Source: Eubacteriales bacterium
Lineage (GTDB): Bacteria > Bacillota > Clostridia > Oscillospirales > CAG-272
Assembly (NCBI GenBank): GCA_045539595.1
Contig: JAZQFQ010000074.1
Location: 1,482 to 65,481, forward strand
Length of the DNA stretch: 64,000 nt
Reading direction: 5' to 3'
Under the pieces are notes generated by a model, which saw only the letters and a list, made by a program, of their open reading frames with translations, had not been told where the DNA came from and ran no database searches. The position numbers and the translations under genes are program-made. Position 1 is the first letter of the stretch. Every line of letters begins with the position of its first letter. Below, piece after piece: positions 56,695 through 64,000 of the stretch.

Positions 56695-57117
56695 CTATAT
56701 TATGGTTCTTCTTCCGGTATTTCCAATGGCGGCAATAGCTTCACGATTAGCAATATCCGCTTTTCTCTTCTTCTCGTTGTCATAATTTCCGCGTGATTGA
56801 CAATGCGGACAAGTAAATGTTCCGTCGTTGTGACAGTTTATCTGTATCAGCAACTGCTGGCTATCCCAACAATGAGAGCAATAGTATAAATTTTTTGTGT
56901 CACCTTCTATGGTAACAACGGGTTCTTCATGACGAATAACCTTTTCGGAAATATCTTTTGATTTTCTTAAAGCGGCGTTTTCTTCACGCAAACGTGCTAC
57001 CTCCGCTTGTAAATCCAGTGCCTGTGCACTTAAATCAAGCAACTGACGATATAATTCCACATTATCTGCTTTTTGCGCTACACTTATAGCATCTTTAAAC
57101 GCATCATAAAAACTCAT
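56695..57117 (-). CDS. coiled-coil plus zinc-ribbon protein (140 aa), function unknown
   Basis: Heptad-like 'LLDLSAQALDLQAEVARLREENAALRK' followed by 'CSHCW ... CPHC'. ATG at 57117 follows GAGGAA. Confidence 0.68.
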   Translation of the reverse strand: MSFYDAFKDAISVAQKADNVELYRQLLDLSAQALDLQAEVARLREENAALRKSKDISEKVIRHEEPVVTIEGDTKNLYYCSHCWDSQQLLIQINCHNDGTFTCPHCQSRGNYDNEKKRKADIANREAIAAIGNTGRRTII

Positions 57118-57120
57118 TTA

Positions 57121-58074
57121 TCATTCCTCATCTTTCTCTACGGCATTGTTTTTTAACTCAATAATATGATTTATTTCATATGCCAATTGAACCAGCATAT
57201 CTATGGTAAGAATTGCTTTAAGCGAGTGTTCTTTTGTTCCAAAATTTAGTTGATCGCCATGACATATTTTATTTCTAAGAGGCTGGGTCTCCCATCGTTT
57301 TTTAGAGTCAGAGGAACATAGGATTTCTTTTTGGAGATAGTCTGCCATCGCTTCCCAAAATAGTTGTCCGCTTTCTGTCATTGCTGTCATTTGTAGCAAT
57401 TTGCCTTTTTCCTTATCAACATCTTCAAGCGCAATTTTAAAATAATCTGCTATGATTCCTTTTTCTTCGTCATCCAATTCCAAACCGTTCTTCTTTGCTA
57501 AACAAACAATATCAGAGGCAACACCATATATTTGACACATTAGTATTGATGTTGATGCGTAGTAATAGGCATTATCGTGCATTAATATTGCTTCGGACAA
57601 AACCACTTTTCGTTCCTCGCAAATTACAGGACAGTTATTCCAATCGTTCTCAATTGTAGTTAAAAAATCCTTCGTACAATAGTTAAATATAATGTCTTTT
57701 GCTTTTTCTGCATCCTTCTCATCAGTGCATGCATTCAAAATGCTCTGCCTTAAATTGTCATCGTCAATCAAAAAAATGGGCCATTTTAACTGTTGCAACA
57801 AATTAATATATTTGATTGGAATTATAACTTCGCTAAATTCTTGAATAAGTGGCTTAAAATCGATGGCTTTGATGGTTTCCGCAATCCTATTTCCAATATT
57901 GATAGCAGATTGCATGGCATCGCTATAATATGTGGAAATAACGACTGAGCTTAATTTTTGCATAGCCATTGATAATGCTTGCAATTGGGAAGAGTACGAT
58001 GTTTTAGAGATTTTTTCAAGAGCTTGTGTTGAAAGTTTTATTGATTCTAATTCGCTATCTTTTTTATTATCCAT
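57121..58074 (-). CDS. unknown 317-aa protein with a C-terminal Rx4H (HEPN-like) motif
   Basis: Its ATG directly abuts the hsdR stop (TAAATG). 'PLRNKICHGDQ' lies about 50 aa from the C-terminus within predicted helical sequence. The domain assignment is tentative. Confidence 0.65.
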   Translation of the reverse strand: MDNKKDSELESIKLSTQALEKISKTSYSSQLQALSMAMQKLSSVVISTYYSDAMQSAINIGNRIAETIKAIDFKPLIQEFSEVIIPIKYINLLQQLKWPIFLIDDDNLRQSILNACTDEKDAEKAKDIIFNYCTKDFLTTIENDWNNCPVICEERKVVLSEAILMHDNAYYYASTSILMCQIYGVASDIVCLAKKNGLELDDEEKGIIADYFKIALEDVDKEKGKLLQMTAMTESGQLFWEAMADYLQKEILCSSDSKKRWETQPLRNKICHGDQLNFGTKEHSLKAILTIDMLVQLAYEINHIIELKNNAVEKDEE

Positions 58075-60813
58075 TTACGCTACCAATTCTACATTCATTT
58101 CCATCAAAATCGCTTCATACTTGTCTCCGAACACCTCATAGAACCGTCCGAGACCACCTTTGCGATCAAAAGGATTAAGGTCAAGGTCGCTCGTTTCAAT
58201 GCTCAAAGATACGGCAATGTGGTCTTTGACAAGACGAAGCCACTCCATCTGTTCGTCCGTGAAATGTACCGCACCCGCATTGCGACGGAGCGTCCATTGC
58301 ATAAAGTTATAGTTCACTCTGTCTGCAAAGGGCGCAAGATTTTCAGTATATCCCATTTCAAAACGAATGATGGATATAAGGTCGGACAATTGTGCCATCG
58401 TACCACGCTTTACTCTTTCGGGTTTCTTAATGGCATAACAGTCCCACAGACGCTCCACGGTGATGCCCTTGGCTTTCAGCTTGTCGTATAGAGCCTTCAA
58501 TCCATCAATCGCCATCGGGCGGTCTTTATATTTTTGATCGTAGATGATACGCAGGGCGATAATTTCATCTCTGTTCTCGTCAATAAACTGACGGAAAGAA
58601 GATATAACACGGTCGGCATTTTCCTCTTGCTGTGAATCAAATCCGGCAAACAGAACTTCGTCAAGATTTACGTTGTCAATAATCTGCTCGTGACTGCGGC
58701 GCACATTCTCAATGTAATCGCGCACATCGGGATTTTGAAAAGGAGCAACTGCCTCAATCGCCAATGCAGTCTTTGCTTCGGCAATTTGCTCGTCAGTAGG
58801 TTCTGCGGTTGCAAACTGCTCCCGTGCCTTGGTGAGAATTGCATCCTCATCAAAGGCATTCAAAAGCTTCTCAGCGATCTGACCTGCGCTATCGCCGACT
58901 TTTTCTGCAAACTCTTTTTTTTCGCTCGGAGTCATCTGACTATTCAAACGAATAACACGGTTTGCAAGAGAGGTGAGCGTGTCCTCACTCTTATCACCAA
59001 GAGCAACGTTCATCATAAGTTCTCTCATACTGACAGACGGCTTGCGCTCGAGTGTACGGGTATCAGATTTCTTGGATTTCGTAACGCCTACAGCATCCAC
59101 TATAACAAAATGGTCTTTGTTATCGGTTGCGGAGGGTGTGACCTTTTGGAGATCGTCCTTGGAGAGTGTTCTCGTTCCACGACCTTTCATCTGCTCAAAA
59201 TAGTTCTTGCTACGCACGTCACGCATAAAGATCAAGCACTCAATGGGCTTAACGTCTGTACCCGTTGCAATCATATCAACGGTAACAGCAATGCGGGGAT
59301 AGTAGTCGTTGCGGAAAGAACTTAACACGCTCTCGGGATTATCTGCGGAATAAGTAATCTTTTTGCAAAACTCGTTGCCCTCACCAAATTCCTCACGAAC
59401 GATTTGAATGATATCATCTGCGTGGCTATCGGTTTTAGCGAAGATCAGAGTTTTCGGCACTTCTTTACGACGAGGGAACAAGGATGTAAACATATTTTCC
59501 TTGAACGTGCGAATCACAGTGCGGATTTGGCTTGGATTTACAATATCACGGTCAAGTTGAGAAGGAGTATAGTCCACATCCTCGTCCAGCTGTTTCCAAC
59601 GCTTTTCACGAGACAGACGGCTACGCACCTCTATCATTTGCTTCATAATATGCGTTGTGTTTTTGCCTATATTGGTTTCAATGAGGAAGATATCCTCGCC
59701 TACATTTACACCGTCAATAATTGCTTGTTCACGGGGATATTCGCTAACCACGTTCTCATTGAAAAACGCAAATGTACGCTTATCGGGCGTTGCAGTCAGA
59801 CCGATAATAAAGGAGTCAAAATATTCAAGCACCTGATTCCACACGTTATAAATGGAACGGTGGCACTCGTCAACGATGATGCAGTCAAAGAACTCCGGCG
59901 GATATTTCTCGTTGTAAACCACCTCTTTAGGTGCTTTAGAGTCTGCCGTTACAAACTCATTGAACGAGGTTTCCTCGGCGGATTCATCGAGTTCGTCACC
60001 TTTGAGGATAGAATACATTCTCTGAATGGTGCTGATGCAGATCTGCACACCATCGGGGATATATGAGGATTTGAGTCTATGTACACCATAAATCTGTGAG
60101 AAGGGGCGTTGATCATCTGTAGGCTTATAAGCCAAGAATTCACGCTCTGCCTGCTCGCCTAGGCCTTTTGTATCAACCAGGAAAAGAATACGGTTCATTT
60201 TGCCGTATTTCAAAAGTCGGTATGCCGCAGTGATAGCAGTAAACGTCTTTCCGGCACCCGTTGCCATCTGCACTAATGCTTTGGGGCGATTATCGGCAAA
60301 GGATTTATCAAGATTTTCGATAGCGGCAATCTGACACTTACGGAATCCCGAAGGATCGAACTTCGGAAAGCTCTTCATATTGTTCCGAACCGTATCTACC
60401 TGCTTCAAAAGAGCGTTCAGTGTTTCGGGACGATGAAAGGAAAATACCGTTCTTGAACGATATTTAATATCATTATAATCGGTAAAGCGAGTGAGTTTGT
60501 CCGTCGCTTCGTATGCAAAGCGAATGCGGTAAATGCTTTTGATCCACTTGAACGTGCTGTTCGCATAGCGAGAAGACTGCCCCTCGACGGCAGTAATATT
60601 CTCACCAGCTTCGTTTTTCTTCGCCTCGATTATACCTACGTGCACCCCTTCTATGAAAAGAGCATAATCCACAGGGCCGGTACTCGTGGGAAATTCTCTA
60701 ATGGCAACACCAAGTGAAGCCGACAGATTTAAAGCTTTGACATCTTGGATTACCCATCCAGAATCCACTAATTTTCTGTCAATTGTTAATCGAGATTTTT
60801 GCTCAGGCGTCAT
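58075..60813 (-). CDS. hsdR: type I restriction enzyme, R subunit (912 aa)
   Basis: N-terminal PD-(D/E)xK 'VDYALF...GIIEAKK', SF2 motif I 'TGAGKTF', motif II 'VDECHRS', and a C-terminal helical domain. Confidence 0.93.
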   Translation of the reverse strand: MTPEQKSRLTIDRKLVDSGWVIQDVKALNLSASLGVAIREFPTSTGPVDYALFIEGVHVGIIEAKKNEAGENITAVEGQSSRYANSTFKWIKSIYRIRFAYEATDKLTRFTDYNDIKYRSRTVFSFHRPETLNALLKQVDTVRNNMKSFPKFDPSGFRKCQIAAIENLDKSFADNRPKALVQMATGAGKTFTAITAAYRLLKYGKMNRILFLVDTKGLGEQAEREFLAYKPTDDQRPFSQIYGVHRLKSSYIPDGVQICISTIQRMYSILKGDELDESAEETSFNEFVTADSKAPKEVVYNEKYPPEFFDCIIVDECHRSIYNVWNQVLEYFDSFIIGLTATPDKRTFAFFNENVVSEYPREQAIIDGVNVGEDIFLIETNIGKNTTHIMKQMIEVRSRLSREKRWKQLDEDVDYTPSQLDRDIVNPSQIRTVIRTFKENMFTSLFPRRKEVPKTLIFAKTDSHADDIIQIVREEFGEGNEFCKKITYSADNPESVLSSFRNDYYPRIAVTVDMIATGTDVKPIECLIFMRDVRSKNYFEQMKGRGTRTLSKDDLQKVTPSATDNKDHFVIVDAVGVTKSKKSDTRTLERKPSVSMRELMMNVALGDKSEDTLTSLANRVIRLNSQMTPSEKKEFAEKVGDSAGQIAEKLLNAFDEDAILTKAREQFATAEPTDEQIAEAKTALAIEAVAPFQNPDVRDYIENVRRSHEQIIDNVNLDEVLFAGFDSQQEENADRVISSFRQFIDENRDEIIALRIIYDQKYKDRPMAIDGLKALYDKLKAKGITVERLWDCYAIKKPERVKRGTMAQLSDLISIIRFEMGYTENLAPFADRVNYNFMQWTLRRNAGAVHFTDEQMEWLRLVKDHIAVSLSIETSDLDLNPFDRKGGLGRFYEVFGDKYEAILMEMNVELVA

Positions 60814-60895
60814 ATCTTTTCTCCTAGTTGTAGTTTTAGTAGCAGGTCAACACCTTATTCGCACTTGGATTTCCGAAACAATTTTTAACAAATAG

Positions 60896-61114
60896 TTATG
60901 TTGTTCCATTCTCTTCCGGAACAAATTCCATAATATCATCCACACCGCAATTAAGTGCACCGCAAATCTTACCAAGTATCTCCACGGTAACATTCTCGCC
61001 TTTACTCATTTTGGTAATGGTATAATTGCTAATATCTGCTACTTTTGCAAGGTCTTTTTTCTTCATATCAAGATCAATCAAAAGCTTCCAAAGCTTTTTA
61101 TAACTCACAGCCAT
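60896..61114 (-). CDS. small XRE-family HTH regulator (72 aa) upstream of hsdR
   Basis: 'LLIDLDMKKKDLAKVADISNYTITKMSKGENVTVEILGKICGALNCGVDDIMEF'. ATG at 61114 follows GAGGTG. Confidence 0.78.
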   Translation of the reverse strand: MAVSYKKLWKLLIDLDMKKKDLAKVADISNYTITKMSKGENVTVEILGKICGALNCGVDDIMEFVPEENGTT

Positions 61115-61282
61115 AACGCACCTCATACTACTCATTTTCACAATGCTGTTTTTATAACTTAATTGTACCATGGACAACAGTCAAAAATCAATACAAATCG
61201 AGGCTTCTCTAAATTAATTTTAGCGATTGCAATCCAGCCGTGGGGCAAAAAAAGCGCACAGTACTGATAGGGCCCCCTATTA

Positions 61283-61564
61283 TCATTCGATAATAGGGGG
61301 ATACACTACGGATTCAACCACTATCCTTGCGGCGAGTTTGAAGCCATATTCAAAGGCCTGTCTCTCATAGAGAGAGCATAGTTCCCACACAACATCCTCA
61401 TACTTCTCAAATATGATCTTCTGCTCTTCTGTAAGACAATCTATCAGCTTTTCCCTATTACGTTCCACCAGATCAATCAACTTTTTTTGCTCAGTTGTTT
61501 CTGGCGTTATGCGTTCCATCGGAACAACATTTCCATACCAAAGCTCTTCAATTATACTCCTCAT
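61283..61564 (-). CDS. hypothetical small protein (93 aa)
   Basis: ATG follows AGGAGA. Helical, Glu/Lys-rich sequence. No confident family assignment. Confidence 0.55.
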   Translation of the reverse strand: MRSIIEELWYGNVVPMERITPETTEQKKLIDLVERNREKLIDCLTEEQKIIFEKYEDVVWELCSLYERQAFEYGFKLAARIVVESVVYPPIIE

Positions 61565-61723
61565 ATTAAATTTCTCCTATAAACAAAAATTCTCGATAAC
61601 CGCAATGTTATCGAGTGCTATTCATTGTTGTGAGATTTCCCACACCGGCTCTGTCAAGGCCATCGTCGCCATCCCGGATTCGATGCCAAAACGGAAAATT
61701 AAGAATCACCGCTTTCGGCCGTC

Positions 61724-61745
61724 CGTCGGCGAAATGTCGGCGAAA
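61724..61745 (+). repeat. 22-bp repeat near attR, identical to 42752-42773
   Basis: CGTCGGCGAAATGTCGGCGAAA in the same orientation as the left-end copy. Confidence 0.4.
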
Positions 61746-61806
61746 ACGACGCCAAAAAAGCCTGATGAAATCGCTTGGTTCGCCATCCTGTGGCCAAAAT
61801 AATCTC

Positions 61807-61855
61807 CTCATAACCCGGAGGTCGTGAGGTTCAAATCCCACCCCCGCAACCAAAC
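61807..61855 (+). repeat. attR: displaced 3' part of tRNA-fMet (49-bp direct repeat)
   Basis: Exact identity with 42600-42648. No tRNA 5' half lies upstream of it. Confidence 0.85.
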
Positions 61856-61857
61856 AA

Positions 61858-61892
61858 AAGAAACAGACCCTATTGGGTCTGTTTTCTTTTGT
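61858..61892 (+). terminator. terminator following attR (probably the original tRNA operon terminator)
   Basis: AAACAGACCC-TATT-GGGTCTGTTT followed by TCTTTT. Confidence 0.6.
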
Positions 61893-62059
61893 TCAGCTGA
61901 GATTTGATCTATCTCCACGACCTCCGGAGGAGGGAGTGGGTAAGCAAGTGAAAACGATTGAGTATCGTTTTCACGCCGCGATACCCCATAAAGCAAGGAG
62001 TATGGCAAGCCGAGTACATCGAGGCGAAGGCAGACGACTATGCGACTGGGGAGGGCCTT

Positions 62060-62081
62060 TCAAATCCCACCCCCGCAACCA
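62060..62081 (+). repeat. third, partial copy (22 bp) of the tRNA-fMet 3' end
   Basis: TCAAATCCCACCCCCGCAACCA is identical to 42624-42645 and 61831-61852. Confidence 0.5.
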
Positions 62082-62424
62082 TCTTTTTTGGTCTGACTTG
62101 CCAATTAGTGCGACCAAAAAAATATCGCACGAAAAACCCGAGGTTTTCTCGGGTTTTCTTCGTTTTTCTCCTGTTTTTAGCTTTTCTCAAAATTCGAAAA
62201 ATAGTCAAAATAAAAAGATATCATTTGCCAAAAACGACTGATCGGAGGGATTTGAACTACCGCCTCAATATTTTGTACACTAAACAACCATAGAATTAGA
62301 TTCAACTTTTCTCTAATATTAAGAATCGGTCTTTACTTCGGTTGTTGACTCTCTGCATAGTTTCGTGTATACTTTATACATAAGAACCGGTTCTCAATAT
62401 TTCAGAATAACTTGAGGTGATTCT

Positions 62425-63303
62425 ATGAATACATTTGATAAAGATTTTTTCAGAGAACAATTAACAACCTTGCGTAAGGAACACAATTTTACTCAATCCG
62501 AACTGTCCACAAAACTCGGAATCTCTGATAAAACGTATTCCCGCTGGGAGACGGGTGACGGAGAACCGGATATGGCTTCACTGTCCATGTTATCGGATAT
62601 CTATGGAATTTCTCCGGCAGTGTTTTTTGGAAGACCTACAGAGAACACTGTTATTGACACACAGCTCGATGGATTGGCTTCTGATGAAATGATACAGAAA
62701 GCATTTGAACTTCAATTTCAGGTTATCCGAGGACTTGCAAAACGGGCGTTTGATCAGAAATGGTGGAAATCCCCTCAACCGGATATTCAGCCTCCGCCAA
62801 ATCGCGTGAATACAACGGATCATTCTATAACTGCCTATGCGGATAATCAAGTATATTCCATGATGTTTAATGGAAGTGATGCCAATATTGCCCTCTCTCT
62901 TTTGCCCAATGCGGATAAATACGCATGGATGACAAGTCGTCGAGAGGAGCTGTCTGAGTATTTGACGTTGCTTGGGGATTCCGATATGGTTCAGTGCCTG
63001 CCCTGGCTGATGTCGGACGAATGCCGTGACTATTTCACGGTAGACTATCTTGCAAAAAACACGGGTATCTCCACAGAGAAAGCCGCCGAACTGATGGAAC
63101 GGGCCGTCCAGCACCATATTGTCAGAAGTACGATCACGCATATAGGCAAAAAAGAAACGGTTCTATATTTTTTCGAAGCAGACCATATGCTTACCGCTAT
63201 CATGACGCTTGCATATCTCAGTCTGCCTGCTCGTGAACAAAACGGACATATTTATTTCGGATGTCCTGCATGTCTGAACATTGACCGGGAGGAAACAAAA
63301 TGA
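62425..63303 (+). CDS. XRE-family HTH regulator with a C-terminal domain of unknown function (292 aa)
   Basis: 'LRKEHNFTQSELSTKLGISDKTYSRWETGDGEPDMASLSMLSDIYGISPAVFFG'. RBS is GAGGTG. Confidence 0.78.
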   Translation: MNTFDKDFFREQLTTLRKEHNFTQSELSTKLGISDKTYSRWETGDGEPDMASLSMLSDIYGISPAVFFGRPTENTVIDTQLDGLASDEMIQKAFELQFQVIRGLAKRAFDQKWWKSPQPDIQPPPNRVNTTDHSITAYADNQVYSMMFNGSDANIALSLLPNADKYAWMTSRREELSEYLTLLGDSDMVQCLPWLMSDECRDYFTVDYLAKNTGISTEKAAELMERAVQHHIVRSTITHIGKKETVLYFFEADHMLTAIMTLAYLSLPAREQNGHIYFGCPACLNIDREETK

Positions 63304-64000
63304 AACTGTCAGAATCAATCCGTCATTTCCGCACGATGCGAAATTTGACACAAGAACAGCTTGCCAATGCAATCTCCATCAGTCCGCAGGCCATCTCAAA
63401 GTGGGAACGTGGAGAAAGTATGCCCGACGCGTCACTTATTCCTGTGCTGGCAGACGCGCTGGATGTTTCACTGGATCGGCTGTACGGTCGTGAAAAGTAT
63501 ACACTTGAGGATTTAATGACCGCAATTCCCGCCTATCTGCAAACACTGCCGAAAGAGGAAAGAATGAACGGAATACGAACCGTCTCTTTGATTGCGGATA
63601 TACTGGGAAAGAATTCCTTTCATAAAGACAGCAGCAGAAGCATGTGGGAAAATTGGATACTCGATGGATCCAAAGATTTCGCTTCTATACTGAACACCGC
63701 AGAAACCGGCTTCACCATCGCTTCACTCCGACAGGAATTGCCTTTCTGGGCGGTATTCTGTGAGCCGGAAGAAGGCTGGGGGGCTGTATTGAAGCCGGAA
63801 GAACGGTATCGTGAAGTGTTTTCCGTATTGGCAGATCAGCCGGCATTGAATACATTGTTTTCTCTGTTTCATCTGCCACATGACTTTTCTTTCGATGAAT
63901 CTTATGCTGCCGAACAGTTTGGCCTTGACGACCCGGAAGAAACATTGAAAAAACTACAGAAACTCCGCACTGTATCTTCTCAGGATATTTCCATTGACGG
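63300..64000 (+). CDS. XRE-family HTH regulator, 3' end outside the window
   Basis: ATG at 63300 overlaps the previous stop (ATGA). 'IRHFRTMRNLTQEQLANAISISPQAISKWERGESMPDASLIPVLADALDVSLDRLYG'. The frame stays open to the window edge. Confidence 0.78.
   Translation, partial: MKLSESIRHFRTMRNLTQEQLANAISISPQAISKWERGESMPDASLIPVLADALDVSLDRLYGREKYTLEDLMTAIPAYLQTLPKEERMNGIRTVSLIADILGKNSFHKDSSRSMWENWILDGSKDFASILNTAETGFTIASLRQELPFWAVFCEPEEGWGAVLKPEERYREVFSVLADQPALNTLFSLFHLPHDFSFDESYAAEQFGLDDPEETLKKLQKLRTVSSQDISID

Noticed and set aside
61893-62059. Coding potential between attR and the third att fragment
   Set aside because: Only short overlapping ORFs without RBS are present. A decayed non-coding remnant is more likely.

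Overview
This 64-kb window comes from a moderately GC-rich, spore-forming Firmicute. I infer a Clostridia-type organism from sigG, the yqfC-yqfD-phoH-ybeY-era-recO cluster, ylbJ and mutS2. All functional calls rest on motif and family recognition by eye; no database search was possible.

Bases 1-42,400 are core chromosome, mostly on the minus strand:
- a glycerophosphodiester phosphodiesterase
- two tandem XRE-family regulators
- sigG, metNIQ, cysK, yebC, argS and prs
- a cell-wall amidase and a CapA-like protein
- mutS2-recO-era-ybeY-phoH-yqfD-yqfC, then ylbJ, prfB and a SpoU/TrmH methyltransferase
- a six-gene operon that joins a CUT1-type ABC importer to a secreted thermonuclease and a four-repeat OB-fold-like lipoprotein
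- a DeoR / Zn-ADH / 3-epimerase cassette, and miaA

A consensus promoter at 42.39 kb precedes tRNA-Leu(UAA) and an initiator-type tRNA-Met(CAU). The last 49 bp around the tRNA-fMet 3' end (42600-42648) recur exactly at 61807-61855. These repeats bound a visibly more AT-rich integrative island of about 19.2 kb. The island carries a tyrosine integrase, an excisionase-like HTH, a DUF927 P-loop helicase-like protein, DUF1643, two DUF3846 genes and several unrecognisable ORFs. I see no capsid or conjugation genes.

Its cargo is a type I R-M operon (hsdR ... hsdS ... hsdM) with three extra genes translationally packed inside it:
- a 317-aa protein with a C-terminal Rx4H (HEPN-like) motif
- a 140-aa coiled-coil / zinc-ribbon protein
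- a DUF2971 protein

I consider this embedded set the best candidate for an undescribed defence module.

A third, shorter att fragment (62060-62081) and two more XRE-type regulators lie to the right of the island. Other points worth a second look are a structured non-coding region of about 270 bp at 27.6-27.87 kb, an unclassified leader/attenuator upstream of metQ, and repeated CGTCGGC motifs at both island ends.
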